A stretch of DNA of 64,000 bases from Acidobacteriota bacterium (GCA_021787565.1 JAJYLT010000016.1:9156-73155), one strand, 5' to 3'; numbered from the stretch's first letter, positions 1 through 10,828 are shown. The notes: a model not told the origin generated them from the sequence alone. Numbers and translations: made by a program.

Positions 1-1
1 G

Positions 2-1474
2 CTCGAAGCCCCCGTCTCCATCTACGAGGTCCACCTCGGTTCCTGGGCCCGCGTCCCGGAGGAGGGGGGGCGCTCCCTCAGTTACCGGGAGATCGCCCCC
101 AAGCTGGCGGCCTACGTGAAGGAGGCGGGCTTCACCCACGTGGAGCTCATGCCGGTCATGGAACACCCCTTCTACGGCTCATGGGGCTACCAGTGCACCG
201 GCTACTTCGCCCCCACGAGCCGCTACGGCACGCCGCAGGACCTCATGGCCCTCATCGACACGCTGCACCAGCAGGGCATCGGCGTGATCCTGGACTGGGT
301 CCCCTCCCACTTCCCCACGGACGAGCACGGCCTGGGGTTCTTCGACGGCACCCACCTCTTCGAGCACGAGGACCCGCGCCGGGGCTTGCACCCTGACTGG
401 GGCAGCGCCATCTTCAACTACGGCCGCCACGAGGTCCGCAGCTTCCTGCTCTCCAGCGCCTTCTTCTGGCTGGAGCGCTACCACGCCGACGGGCTCCGGC
501 TGGACGCCGTGGCCTCCATGCTCTACCTGGACTACTCGCGCAAGGAGGGAGAGTGGGAGCCCAACGCCTTCGGCGGGCGCGAGAACCTCGACGCCATCGA
601 CTTTCTCAAGCGGCTCAACACGGAGATCTACGCCGGCTTCCCGGGCGTCCAGACCTGGGCCGAGGAGTCCACCGCCTGGCCCATGGTCTCCCGGCCCACC
701 TACGCCGGCGGCCTGGGCTTCGGCCTGAAGTGGGACATGGGGTGGATGCACGACACCCTGGAGTACTTCCGCAGCGATCCCATCCACCGCCGCCACCACC
801 ACGGCGAGCTGACCTTCCGCGGCCTCTACGCCTTCACCGAGAACTTCGTGCTGCCCCTCTCCCACGACGAGGTGGTCCACGGCAAGGGCTCCCTGCTGGG
901 CCGCATGCCGGGCGACGACTGGCAGCGCTTCGCCAACCTCCGCGCCCTCCTCGCCACCCAGTTCGCCCAGCCGGGCAAGAAGCTCCTCTTCATGGGGGGA
1001 GAGTTCGGCCAGTGGCGGGAGTGGTCCCACGACGGCTCCCTGGACTGGCACCTGCTGGAGTACGCACCCCACAAGGGCCTGCTGGCCATGGTCCGCGCCC
1101 TCAACGGGCTCTACCGGCGCGAGCCCGCCCTCCACGCCGGCGACTGCCGCCCCGAGGGCTTTTCGTGGGTGGACTGCAACGACGCCGAGAGCAGCGTTCT
1201 CCTCTTCGAGCGGAGCGCGGGCGACCCGAAAGAGACCATCCTCGTGGCGTGCAACTACACGCCCGTCCCACGGTACGGCTACCGCGTCGGCGTCGAGGTG
1301 CAGGGCCGCTGGGCCGAGCTCTTCAACTCGGACGCCGCCGAGTACGGCGGCAGCGGCCTGGGTAACGGCGGAGCCGCCGAGGCCCTGCCCGAGCCCGCCC
1401 ACGGCCGCCCCTTCTCACTCGGCCTCACCCTCCCGCCCCTCGCGGTGCTCTTCCTCAAGCCGGAGAAGAAATGA
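2..1474 (+). CDS. glgB: 1,4-alpha-glucan branching enzyme (5' end outside window)
   Basis: Frame open from base 2 ([15 protein letters not shown]); GH13 motifs [48 protein letters not shown]. Confidence 0.97.
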   Translation, partial: LEAPVSIYEVHLGSWARVPEEGGRSLSYREIAPKLAAYVKEAGFTHVELMPVMEHPFYGSWGYQCTGYFAPTSRYGTPQDLMALIDTLHQQGIGVILDWVPSHFPTDEHGLGFFDGTHLFEHEDPRRGLHPDWGSAIFNYGRHEVRSFLLSSAFFWLERYHADGLRLDAVASMLYLDYSRKEGEWEPNAFGGRENLDAIDFLKRLNTEIYAGFPGVQTWAEESTAWPMVSRPTYAGGLGFGLKWDMGWMHDTLEYFRSDPIHRRHHHGELTFRGLYAFTENFVLPLSHDEVVHGKGSLLGRMPGDDWQRFANLRALLATQFAQPGKKLLFMGGEFGQWREWSHDGSLDWHLLEYAPHKGLLAMVRALNGLYRREPALHAGDCRPEGFSWVDCNDAESSVLLFERSAGDPKETILVACNYTPVPRYGYRVGVEVQGRWAELFNSDAAEYGGSGLGNGGAAEALPEPAHGRPFSLGLTLPPLAVLFLKPEKK

Positions 1475-1543
1475 ACCCCAGAGGCACCAAGACACGGAGG
1501 AAGCGCCCCATGATCCTCACGGCAACGGTTCCGGCCTCTTTCG

Positions 1544-1576
1544 ACTCCTCACTCCTCGCTCCTCACTCCTCACTCC
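1544..1576. repeat. Heptamer tandem repeat (ACTCCTC)~4.7
   Basis: actcctc actcctc gctcctc actcctc actcc between glgB and the GH57 gene. Confidence 0.8.
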
Positions 1577-1592
1577 AGCGGAGCGCCAGCGC

Positions 1593-3977
1593 ATGAACCG
1601 CTACGTCTGTATCCACGGCCACTTCTACCAGCCCCCGCGGGAAAACCCCTGGCTGGAGCACGTGGAGCTCCAGGAGTCGGCGCACCCCTATCACGACTGG
1701 AACGAGCGCATCACGCACGAGTGCTACCAGCCCAACGCCACGGCCCGCATCCTCGACGGCGAGGGCCGCATCGCCGACATCGCCAACAACTACGAGCGCA
1801 TGAGCTTCAACTTCGGCCCCACCCTCCTGAGCTGGCTGGAGCTGCACGCCTCCGCCCTCTACCACCGGATCATCGAGAGCGACGAGGCGAGCCGCGAGCG
1901 CTTCTCGGGGCACGGATCGGCCCTCGCCCAGGCCTACAACCACATGATCATGCCGCTCGCCAGCCCGCGCGACCGGGAGACGCAGGTGATCTGGGGCATC
2001 CGCGATTTCGAACGCCGCTTCGGCCGAAGGCCCGAGGGGATGTGGCTGCCCGAGACCGCCGTGAGCACGGAGACCCTCGAGGTGCTGGCCCGCCACGGCG
2101 TCGCCTTCACCGTCCTCGCCCCGCACCAGGCGGCCGCCGTGCGCGCCATCGGCGAGGAGGAGTGGCGGGAGCTGGACGGCGCCTCGGTGGACCCCACCCG
2201 CGCCTACCGCTGCCTCCTGCCCTCCGGCGCCTCCATCGCCCTCTTCTTCTACGACGGCCCCGTGGCGAGGGCCGTGGCCTTCGAGGGACTCCTGACCTCC
2301 GGCGAGGACCTGGCCGCCCGCCTCGTGGGGGCCTTTCCCCAGGACGGCGAGGAGTCCCGCCTGGTCCACATCGCCACCGACGGCGAGACCTTCGGCCACC
2401 ACCACCGCTACGGCGACATGGCGCTGGCGTACGCCCTCCGGGTCATCGAGGAGCGGGGCCTCGCCCGCATCACCAACTACGGCGAATTCCTCGAGCGCTA
2501 TCCGCCGCGCTTCGAGGCGCGCATCCGCGAGACCACCTCCTGGAGTTGCATCCACGGCGTGGAGCGCTGGCGCTCGGACTGCGGCTGCGCCACGGGCACG
2601 CGGCCCGGCTGGAACCAGGCGTGGCGCGCGCCGCTGCGCCAGGCGCTCGACTGGCTGAGGGACGAGGCGGCCGCGGCCTTCCAAGCCCCCGGCGACAACC
2701 CCTTCCCCGATCCGTGGGCCGCCCGGGACGCCTACATCGACGTGGTGCTCGACCGCTCGGAGGACGCGGTGGAGGCCTTCCTGGCTCGCCACGCCCTCCC
2801 GGGCGGCGACCAGGTCCGGGCCCTCAAGCTCATGGAGCTCCAGCGCCACGCCATGCTCATGTTCACGAGCTGCGGCTGGTTCTTCGACGACCTGGCGGGC
2901 ATCGAGGGGATCCAGATCCTGCGCTACGCGGGCCGCGTGATCCAGCTCGCCAAGAGGCTCTGGGGCGTAGACCTGGAGGAGGGCTTCCTCTCCCGCCTCC
3001 AGGGCGCCCGCTCCAACCGCCCCGAGCTGGGCGACGGCCGGGCCCTCTACGAGCGCGAGGTGAAGCCCGCCGTGGTGGACCTCACGCGGGTGGGCGCCCA
3101 CTACGCGGTCCGCTCCCTCTTCGAGCCCTTCGCCCGGAAGTCCCATATCTACTGCTACGAGGCCGACCAGGAGGAGTTCGAGACGGCCAGGTCGGGGAAG
3201 GTCCGGCTCGTCCTGGGCCGCGTGCGGATCGCCTCGCGGATCACCGGCGAGAGCCTCCCCCTCAGCTTCGGCGCCCTTCTCCTCACGGACCAGCTCATGC
3301 GCTGCGGCGTGCGGCCCACCGTCTCGGACGAGGCCTTCTCCGCCACGCGGACGGAGCTGCTGGAAGTCTTCGAGTCGGGCGACTATTCGGCGCTCCTCAG
3401 GCTGCTGGACCGACACTTCGGCGAGGCCACCTACTCCCTGCGCGAGCTCTTCCACGACCAGCAGCGCAGCATCGTCCACCGCATGCTCAACGAGAGCCTG
3501 GCGGAGATCGAGGAGGCCTACCGGCGGATCACCGAGAGCTACGCCTCCCTCATCCGCTTCCACGCCCAACTGGGCCTCCAGCCCCCCCGCGCCTTCAAAA
3601 CCGCCGCCGAGTACATCCTCAACCTGGACCTCAAGCGGGAGCTCCAGAAGGACTCGCCCGACCTCGCCCGCGTCAAGGCCATGCTGCAGGAGGCCGCCGG
3701 CCTGCACCTGGCGTGGGAGGAGGCCACCCTCGCCTTCGCCCTTCGAACCTCCCTCGAGCGCCACATGCGCAGGCTCTGCGAGAGCCCGGCCGACCCGGGC
3801 CACCTCGCCGTCCTCGTCCACCTGCTGGACGTGGCCCGGGCCCTCCCCTTCCCCACCGACCTCTGGAACGTCCAGAACCTCTACCACGACCTCGCCTCAG
3901 GCGAGGCCCCCCTCCCCGACCCCGCCGCCTTCCGCGACCTCGGCCGGCGGCTGAACTTCAGGGTGGAGGAGGAGTGA
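1593..3977 (+). CDS. GH57 family glycoside hydrolase with DUF3536-type C-terminal domain
   Basis: HGHFYQPPRENPW, AYNHMIMPLA, GMWLPETAV, ATDGETFGHH, MFTSCGWFFD motifs; downstream of glgB. Confidence 0.9.
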   Translation: MNRYVCIHGHFYQPPRENPWLEHVELQESAHPYHDWNERITHECYQPNATARILDGEGRIADIANNYERMSFNFGPTLLSWLELHASALYHRIIESDEASRERFSGHGSALAQAYNHMIMPLASPRDRETQVIWGIRDFERRFGRRPEGMWLPETAVSTETLEVLARHGVAFTVLAPHQAAAVRAIGEEEWRELDGASVDPTRAYRCLLPSGASIALFFYDGPVARAVAFEGLLTSGEDLAARLVGAFPQDGEESRLVHIATDGETFGHHHRYGDMALAYALRVIEERGLARITNYGEFLERYPPRFEARIRETTSWSCIHGVERWRSDCGCATGTRPGWNQAWRAPLRQALDWLRDEAAAAFQAPGDNPFPDPWAARDAYIDVVLDRSEDAVEAFLARHALPGGDQVRALKLMELQRHAMLMFTSCGWFFDDLAGIEGIQILRYAGRVIQLAKRLWGVDLEEGFLSRLQGARSNRPELGDGRALYEREVKPAVVDLTRVGAHYAVRSLFEPFARKSHIYCYEADQEEFETARSGKVRLVLGRVRIASRITGESLPLSFGALLLTDQLMRCGVRPTVSDEAFSATRTELLEVFESGDYSALLRLLDRHFGEATYSLRELFHDQQRSIVHRMLNESLAEIEEAYRRITESYASLIRFHAQLGLQPPRAFKTAAEYILNLDLKRELQKDSPDLARVKAMLQEAAGLHLAWEEATLAFALRTSLERHMRRLCESPADPGHLAVLVHLLDVARALPFPTDLWNVQNLYHDLASGEAPLPDPAAFRDLGRRLNFRVEEE

Positions 3978-4150
3978 TGGGGAGGGAGAGACCACAGAAG
4001 CGCGGCCGGGCAACCACCGTCCGATGGTGCAACAAAGTGTTGTCGGGTTGCGTCGTTTGGGGAATTCACCACGCCGAAATGGTGCGCCCGAAGCCGGGGA
4101 GGGCTACACGGAGCGCTGCAGCGGCATGGGCCGGAATCGGCGCCGCGTGC

Positions 4151-4401
4151 TCAGGCGCCAAGCAGCTCCTTCAAGCCTTCCACGACCTGCTCAACTTCGG
4201 CAGGTGAGGCCGAGCAGAGCCGGCTTCTGATGCGCTCTGTTGAAAGGGTGCGGACCTGACTGATCTTCACCCAGGAGTGCTTGGGCAACTTGGTGCCGGT
4301 GAGTTCCAGCGTCAAAGGGAATCCCGCTTTCGGCGCCTGGCTGGTAATGGCCACCGCAATGACGGTGCCGGAATGCTCATTGAAGACGTCCTGGCTGAGG
4401 T
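4151..4401 (-). pseudogene. PemK/MazF-family toxin remnant lacking its N-terminus
   Basis: LSQDVFNEHSGTVIAVAITSQ...GFPLTLEL...SWVKISQVRTLSTERI matches the PemK C-terminal part; the GxEQ..RP catalytic segment, a start codon and an antitoxin are absent. Confidence 0.8.
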
Positions 4402-4525
4402 CATACCAGCGCACAACGCAAGCTCTCTTGGCGCCTGACGCCCCGCGTTCAACGGCCGGCCAACCACCCGTGATCCCACACCGACCCCACCAGCCCGGAC
4501 CACTGGCCGCCCCAGACGGCTGGGA

Positions 4526-4676
4526 CCCAAATTCCGCGATGGAATTGCACTCGTAGGAGCGCCGCCCCCGGCGCGACGGACCGTACGCGGGCACCGCATC
4601 CTGGTCGCAGGGTCACCCGGTTCGCGGCGAGGCGCCGCTCCTACGCAGGCGTTGAGCCGCTATCGCGGAATTGGGC
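4526..4676 (+). mobile_element. MITE family A copy 1 (151 bp, REPIN inside)
   Basis: TIR CCCAAATTCCGCGAT...ATCGCGGAATTGGGC; direct repeat TGGGA at 4521-4525 and 4677-4681; REPs at 4553-4576 and 4622-4644. Confidence 0.93.
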
Positions 4677-4714
4677 TGGGAAGGGGTTCTTTCCTTCCTC
4701 ACTTCCTCACTTTG

Positions 4715-4738
4715 TCGCGCTCTGGAGAGCGCTCCTAC
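4715..4738 (-). repeat. Solo GTAG-type REP
   Basis: Minus strand GTAGGAGCGCTCTCCAGAGCGCGA: GTAG guide tetranucleotide plus palindrome GCGCTCT-CC-AGAGCGC. Confidence 0.75.
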
Positions 4739-4806
4739 GGTGGCAAACGGGCGCGCCCCCTTTCCTGTCCTCGAAGGCCTCCCCCCGTCCTACTCACCTA
4801 TCCACC

Positions 4807-6429
4807 TCAAAACCGCTTCCCCATGGTGAGGGTGACCTGGTCGAAGCCGCCCTTGGCGTAGCTGTAGCCGAAGATGAGGGGTCCGAACTTGGTGCTGGTG
4901 GCGATTGCGAGGGTGCCGGAGTAGCGTAGCGTGCGGGCGGCGATGTCCGCGGTGGTGAGCCAGGCGTTGCCGGCGTCGGTGAAGGCCATGAGGTAGACGC
5001 CGCGGCCGACGACGATGGGCAGGTCGGCAAGGCGGTAGGTGTAGCCGAGGCGGGCGACGGCGTAGTAGGGGCCCAGGAGCTGGCCGCGCTGGTAGCCGGC
5101 GAAGGAGTCGAAGCCGCCGACCCAGAACCACTCGTAGATGGGCGGGTCGGAGCCCAGGGCCGTTCCCGCCGATAGGCCGGTGGAGAGGGTGTGGCGCCCG
5201 CGCGTGGCAAATCCGTGCCACGCCAGCTCGGCGCGGTTGTAGCTGGCCTGGGAGCCCATGTACCGGCGGGCGAAGTAGGCGTTCACTTCGAGGAGATAGC
5301 CGCGGGAGGGGAGATCGGGCGCGTCCAGGTGGTCCAGGATCGCCCTGAGGCTCCAGCCGCCCGTGGAGACGCTGAAATCCTGAAAGATGTCGCTCTGGCC
5401 GATCTCGGGCGAAAAGCGGTCGTGCCCCCAGCGGGGCCCCAGGCGCATCTCCCCGTAGTGGCCCAGGTTGAAGCCGAGGTCCAGCCCGACGTCCGCCCGG
5501 GTGGCGCGGTAGCGGGCCATGTCCTCGCCGAGGAAGACGTCGTCCAGGAGGCTCTGGTACTCGGCCACGGGTGCGACAAACCACCTCCCGCGGCGGTCGA
5601 GGGGCTGGTGCAGCTCGGTGTCGAGCCGCCGGTTGAGGCCCAGCTCGGCGTCCGTCTTCCACTCCAGCCCCAGGCCATTGAGCCTCGTCCACCTGAGTCC
5701 CGCCAGCACTCCCGCGTCGCTCTGGCGCTGGAAGTCCGTGGAGAACCGGAGGCCCAACCTGAGCTGGATGGGCCCCATCGGGCTCGGCTTGGCCTGGATG
5801 ACCACGCCCTCCTTGCCCCCCTCCTGCGCCATGCGCAAGTCCAGGAGGTCGTAGCTCCCGGCGTTGTAAATGCGGGTCAGGTCGCGTTCGAGGACGGCCG
5901 TATCCAGGGGCCGTCCCGGGGCTGTCCGGATGTACTTGCGGATGGACGCCGCGTCGCGCGGGCTCGTCCCCTCCACGCTGACGAAGTCCACGGAGGGCGG
6001 CGGGGGGCGCCGCTCCAGCACCCGCCGGCGCCAGGCGGCGTAGGCCTCGGGCGAAAGGGCCAGCCGCTCCAGCTCGGGGGCCTTGGCCTCCACGGCCTTC
6101 TCGCCCACCGCCACCAGGGGCGCCGCGTGGCGGAAGTTCATGCTCGAGAAGCCCTTCAGGTCGGGCCGCAGCAGGATATCGGCCTGGGCGCTCGATGCCT
6201 CGACGTTCTTCCGCATCAGGATGGCGATCATCTGGGAGGAGACGGCCAGCGGCAAGGTGAGCTGGTCCCGCCTGAGCGGCGGGGTGCCGATGTCCACCGC
6301 GATGACCACGTCGGCGCCCATGGCCCGCGCCGCGTCCACGGGAAGGTTGTCCACGAGGCCGCCGTCCACCAGGAGCCGCCCGTCGCACTCCACGGGGGCG
6401 GCGAGGAGGCGGCGGGCGTTCTTGGGCAT
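4807..6429 (-). pseudogene. PlpD-like patatin-POTRA-Omp85 beta-barrel protein, N-terminally truncated
   Basis: Only the late patatin part is present (LVDGGLVDNLPV...GADVVIAVD), then a POTRA-like region and a barrel ending in GKRF; no signal peptide, Gly-rich loop or GxSxG. Confidence 0.7.
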
Positions 6430-6597
6430 GGCGGTCCCCTATCGCGGTGTCGCGGTGCGGACGTTGTCATGGGATGGATGCGGTGCCGCCCGCTCCACGG
6501 TTTGGGGAAGATCATACACCATCGCGCCGCCCCTAAACGCCGAAGGCGGGGGGCTAGCCCCCGCCTTGGCGTGTGGCGAGAATGGATCAAGACCGAA

Positions 6598-8019
6598 TCA
6601 GGCGCCGAAGGGGTCCCAGGGGGGGAGGATGTAGGGCTTCTGGCCCACGATCTTCTGGATGGCGGCCGGGACGAAGCGCTTGTCCACGATGATCTCGTAG
6701 ACGTGCTTCTGGAACCAGCCCTGGTCGATGGTGAAGAAGCCCTCCTTGCCGGCCTTCTTGCCCCAGGAGTTCTCGACCTTCCACTTGTCGGGCTTGTCGT
6801 TCTGGATGTCCACGCCGACGAAGACCATGGCGTGGTCCGGGGCGCCGTCGAGGGTCTCCAGGGCGTCCTTCTTGTCCATCGTGAAGTTGAGGCCGAAGAG
6901 GTCGTCGTAATCCTCCGCGTCCTCGGCCCAGAGGCCGGCCTTGCGGTTGCCCTGGGCGCCGGCATCGGCCGCGAACCAGACGACCTGGTCGGCCAGGACG
7001 GAAGCCTTGGCCATGTCGGACATCTCCTCGGAGGTGATGTTGACGGCGCTCAGGTCAGGGTGGTCGGCCATGTCCCGGTCCCAGGCCCACTGGAGCCTTT
7101 CATGCATGGGCTTGCCGGGGTAGTTGACGAAGCACTCGTAGTTATGGAGGTCGCTGCCCACGAACTCGTTGTAGAAGCTCCGGGGCGTGTAGGTCTTGAA
7201 GGGCGAGACCTTGCCGTCTTTTCCCGTGTACCGCCACCGGAAGGTCTGCGGCGGCTCGCCCATGCAGAGGACGAGGATCTTGTAAACGTGGGTGAGGGTC
7301 CCCATTTTGATCTGCTGGAGCTTGGAGGCCGGCTCTCCCTTCCGGACGGCTTCACGCAGCGCGAGCACGCCCTTGCGGACCTCGGTGTTCAGGAGCTTGT
7401 TCATCTGGTCCGTGTGGGAGGCGCTGAAGGTGTCGGGCATGACCTCCTGGGGCACCACGCCGTACTTGTCCACGAGGCCGAGCACGTAATTCCAGTCGCC
7501 CCCGTCGTCCATGGGGCTCTTGAGCAGGTGCATGTTCTTGCGGCTGTCCAGTGGCTCCTTGGACAGCGCGACGGCCAGCTCCAGCGCCCGGTTGGCCCGC
7601 TCCACCTTGTCCCAGAAGTCCTCATAGGCCTGGGAGAGGGTGAAGTCCTTCATGTTGAACTTGTTCATGACTTGCGGGCGCAGGATGTTGAGGCCGGCGA
7701 AGAGCCAGCAGCGGCCGGAGCGCTCCTGGTCCGTGATGGAGCCCGGGTTCTTGATGACGTGGGTGAAGAGGTCGTCGTTGGCGAGAGCCTTCTCCCGGTT
7801 GATCGCCAAGTCGCTGATCATGTGATCGGCCAGCGCGTTCTGGGTGGCCTTCAGGGGCGGAGTCATGGTGAGGGAGGAGTGGATCTCCTGGATGTCCTTG
7901 GCGGAGAGGCCGGCGGCGGGGGTGGGCTCCTCGCCGGGGCCGGGCTTGTACTGGGCGAGGACAGGCAGGGCGGCGAGGGCCGCCAGCAGGGCGGCGGTCT
8001 TGAGGACGGTGTGGGTCAT
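6598..8019 (-). CDS. Secreted C1B cysteine aminopeptidase (PepC/bleomycin hydrolase family)
   Basis: DQERSGRCWLF, DGGDW, HAMVFVG, WKVENSWG; signal peptide; GGAGG before ATG at 8019. Confidence 0.92.
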   Translation of the reverse strand: MTHTVLKTAALLAALAALPVLAQYKPGPGEEPTPAAGLSAKDIQEIHSSLTMTPPLKATQNALADHMISDLAINREKALANDDLFTHVIKNPGSITDQERSGRCWLFAGLNILRPQVMNKFNMKDFTLSQAYEDFWDKVERANRALELAVALSKEPLDSRKNMHLLKSPMDDGGDWNYVLGLVDKYGVVPQEVMPDTFSASHTDQMNKLLNTEVRKGVLALREAVRKGEPASKLQQIKMGTLTHVYKILVLCMGEPPQTFRWRYTGKDGKVSPFKTYTPRSFYNEFVGSDLHNYECFVNYPGKPMHERLQWAWDRDMADHPDLSAVNITSEEMSDMAKASVLADQVVWFAADAGAQGNRKAGLWAEDAEDYDDLFGLNFTMDKKDALETLDGAPDHAMVFVGVDIQNDKPDKWKVENSWGKKAGKEGFFTIDQGWFQKHVYEIIVDKRFVPAAIQKIVGQKPYILPPWDPFGA

Positions 8020-8184
8020 GCAGAACCTCCATGGATTGGCGTGCTGAAGTCGCGAAACAGGCAACTTCCCTGGTGGCCGGTTCCTGGCCGGCCAGGGGCT
8101 CATGCCAGTCAAACGCGCGAGAAGCATGATTCATTCGCTCGGTGGTGGCCTTCGGCCGAGGCGGGTCCGCTGAAGCGCCGTTGG

Positions 8185-10329
8185 TCAGGAACCGACGCCG
8201 TTTGCGTGAAGGCCGAGGGCGGCGACGTAGAACTGCTCCACGTATTTCCGGACCATGCGGCGGGTGCCGTAGAGAGGGGCAACGGTCCTGATGGACTCCT
8301 TCATGCGGCGCACCCACCCTTTCGGGATACCGCCGTTGTAGGCATAGTACAGGGGCACGACCTGTTCCTCCAGAAGCCGGAAGAGCGCCTCGGCGTCGGC
8401 GGAGAAGCGGTCCCCCTCGCCGGAGAACTCCTCGCCGAAGGCCCACCCGTTCTTTCCGTTGAAGCCCTCGATCCACCATCCATCCAGGATGGAGCAGTTG
8501 AGCGTGCCGTTCATGCCGGCCTTCATGCCGCTGGTGCCGCTGGCCTCCAGGGGCGGGACGGGGTTGTTGAGCCAGACGTCCACCCCCCGCACCAGGTAGG
8601 AGGCGAGGGCCTGGTCGTAGTCCTCCACGAAGGCCAGGCGCCCCGCGAATTCGGGATCCTGGCAGAGGCGGAAGATCTCCTGGACGAGGCGCTTGCCCTC
8701 CGTGTCGGCGGGGTGGGCCTTGCCGGCGAAGATGATCTGCACCGGCCGGAGCGGATCGGTGACGAGGCGCTTGAGCCGGTTCCGGTCCCTCAGCAGAAGG
8801 TCGGGCCGCTTGTAGGCGGTGAAGCGCCGGGCGAATCCCAGGGTCAGGACCTTGGCGTCGAGCAGGGCCCCGCCGGCGATGACGTTCTGCGCCGAGACCT
8901 GCCTCCGCTCCCAGCGGGGGCGGGCCCGCTTGTGGAGGTGGTCGATGAGCCGGACCTTCAGCTCCTGGTGGAGGCGCCACAGCTCCTCGTCGGGTATCTC
9001 CTCGACCTTGTCCCAGAGGCCGGGGTCGTCCTGCCGGTCCCTCCAGTCGGGCCCCAGCACGCGGTCAAAGAGGGGCTGGAGTCGGTGCGGGTCGATCCAG
9101 GTGGGCAGGTGCACACCGTTCGTCACGGAGGCGATGGGAACTTCCTCCCGTGCGAGCTCCGGCCAGAGGGGGGCCCAGATCTCGCGGGCCACCTCCCCGT
9201 GCCGCCGGCTCACGCCGTTGGCGAAGCGGCTCATCCGCAGGGCGAAGGCGGTCGTGTTGAAGCCCGCCTCGGGCCGCTGGGGATGCGCTCCGAGCCCCAG
9301 AAACTTCGTGTGATCGAGCCCCAGGTCCTCGCAGCAGTGGGCAAAGTACTTCTCCATCATGGCGAAGGGGAAGACGTCGGTGCCCGCCGAGACGGGTGTG
9401 TGGGTCGTGAAGACCGTGGTCCGCCGGACCTCCTCCAGCGCCTCCGTGAACCCCATCCCCTGCTCCATCAGCGGCCGGACGCGCTGGAGCAGCGCCAGCG
9501 CCGGATGGCCCTCGTTGATGTGGACGGCGCCCGGACTCAAACCCAGGGCCTCCAGGACCCGCATGCCGCCCATCCCGAGCACGATCTCCTGCCTCAACCG
9601 CTGTTCCGGCTGTATGGCATAGAGGTGGTGAGCTATGGCGCGGTCCCAGGGCTGGTTCGTCTCCAGGTCGGTGTCCATGAGGTAGAAGGGGACGCGGCCC
9701 ACCTCCACCTTCCAGACCGCCACGTGGAGGGGCGGATCGAAGAGCGGCACCTGCACCCTCAGGGGGCGCCCCTCGCCGTCCAGCACGCGCCGGACGGGGT
9801 CATAGGTGCGGTCCAGCGTCTCGCGCAGGTCCTCGGGCGAGCCGTCCTCGCGGATGCGCTGGGTGACGTAGCCCCGCGAGTAGAGCAGGCCCACGGCCAC
9901 CACGGGGATGGCCATGTCGCTGCACTCCTTGAGGTAGTCCCCCGCCAGGATGCCCAGCCCGCCGGCGTACATGGGGAGAGATACGTGCAGCCCATACTCG
10001 GCCGAGAAGTAGGCCAGGGGCGCCCGGGGCGAGCCGTAGCGGCGGGTGAACCAGCCCTCGCGCCCGGCCGTCTCCGCCTCGAATCGGGCCATGACCGCGT
10101 CGTACCGCCGCAGGAAGGCCGCCTCCTCCGAGGCCTCCCTCAACCGCTCGCCGGGCAGGATGGCCAGCATGCGGATGGGGTTATGGCCGCTCTCGCGCCA
10201 GACGGCCAGGTCCAGGGCCCAAAAGAGGGCCCGGGCATCGGGGTTCCAGCTCCACCAGAGGTTGTAGGCCAGCTTCTCGAGGCCTCCGATGCGCTGCGGG
10301 ATGTCGGGAAATCGGGGGGTCCGGTCCAT
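8185..10329 (-). CDS. glgP: Alpha-glucan (glycogen) phosphorylase
   Basis: YNLWWSW, YAGGLGILAGD, HINEGHP, FARRFTAYKR, EASGTSGMKA; GGAGG RBS. Confidence 0.95.
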   Translation of the reverse strand: MDRTPRFPDIPQRIGGLEKLAYNLWWSWNPDARALFWALDLAVWRESGHNPIRMLAILPGERLREASEEAAFLRRYDAVMARFEAETAGREGWFTRRYGSPRAPLAYFSAEYGLHVSLPMYAGGLGILAGDYLKECSDMAIPVVAVGLLYSRGYVTQRIREDGSPEDLRETLDRTYDPVRRVLDGEGRPLRVQVPLFDPPLHVAVWKVEVGRVPFYLMDTDLETNQPWDRAIAHHLYAIQPEQRLRQEIVLGMGGMRVLEALGLSPGAVHINEGHPALALLQRVRPLMEQGMGFTEALEEVRRTTVFTTHTPVSAGTDVFPFAMMEKYFAHCCEDLGLDHTKFLGLGAHPQRPEAGFNTTAFALRMSRFANGVSRRHGEVAREIWAPLWPELAREEVPIASVTNGVHLPTWIDPHRLQPLFDRVLGPDWRDRQDDPGLWDKVEEIPDEELWRLHQELKVRLIDHLHKRARPRWERRQVSAQNVIAGGALLDAKVLTLGFARRFTAYKRPDLLLRDRNRLKRLVTDPLRPVQIIFAGKAHPADTEGKRLVQEIFRLCQDPEFAGRLAFVEDYDQALASYLVRGVDVWLNNPVPPLEASGTSGMKAGMNGTLNCSILDGWWIEGFNGKNGWAFGEEFSGEGDRFSADAEALFRLLEEQVVPLYYAYNGGIPKGWVRRMKESIRTVAPLYGTRRMVRKYVEQFYVAALGLHANGVGS

Positions 10330-10478
10330 CGGTCCTCCAGGTGGCGGTCGCCGAGGGGCACCCCGCAAGAGCGGGCGCTGCCGGCGGAGCGGCTACTGTA
10401 CCAGCTTGGGCCTCCCGGGTGAAGACCGGGGGGAGTAAGTGCGGGCCGCCGGGTCCTGCCGAAGGAGTAGCGAGGGGT

Positions 10479-10722
10479 TCATGCCTGTCCAAAACATGCC
10501 GCCCTGGCGGCTCCGACCCACCACGGGTGCGCCGGCGGCGACGGACCTCCTGCTTCGTCAGCCTTCGGCGTCCGCATCCTCAGCGTACAGGGAGTACGCT
10601 TGCGGTGCTGCCACCTCGGCTTCCTCCCATGAGGCCCATCGGCGCCGGGCCGCGCCTTCCTCCGCTTCGCTGCGGAAGGCAAACCCTCAAGTGCGTGCTG
10701 AAATAATCTTGGACAGCCATGA
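10479..10722. mobile_element. Putative MITE family B (244 bp, single copy in window)
   Basis: 14-bp terminal inverted repeat with one mismatch, TCATGCCTGTCCAA...TTGGACAGCCATGA; internal hairpin AGCGTAC-aggga-GTACGCT; non-coding. Confidence 0.55.
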
Positions 10723-10828
10723 GGGGGGTTATACTGTCTCTCGCCTGCAGATTTTTGCGTCTTACGTCTCGCGCTTCGCGTCTTGCGTTTTTCGCCGCCC
10801 GCACCGCGCCTCTCATCCAGACCCTGCT

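Noticed and set aside
5191-10422. 1743-aa plus-strand ORF and other long antisense ORFs (1563-3887, 54631-57087, 59765-61813)
   Set aside because: Shadow ORFs opposite well-supported genes, expected in high-GC DNA; no recognisable motifs
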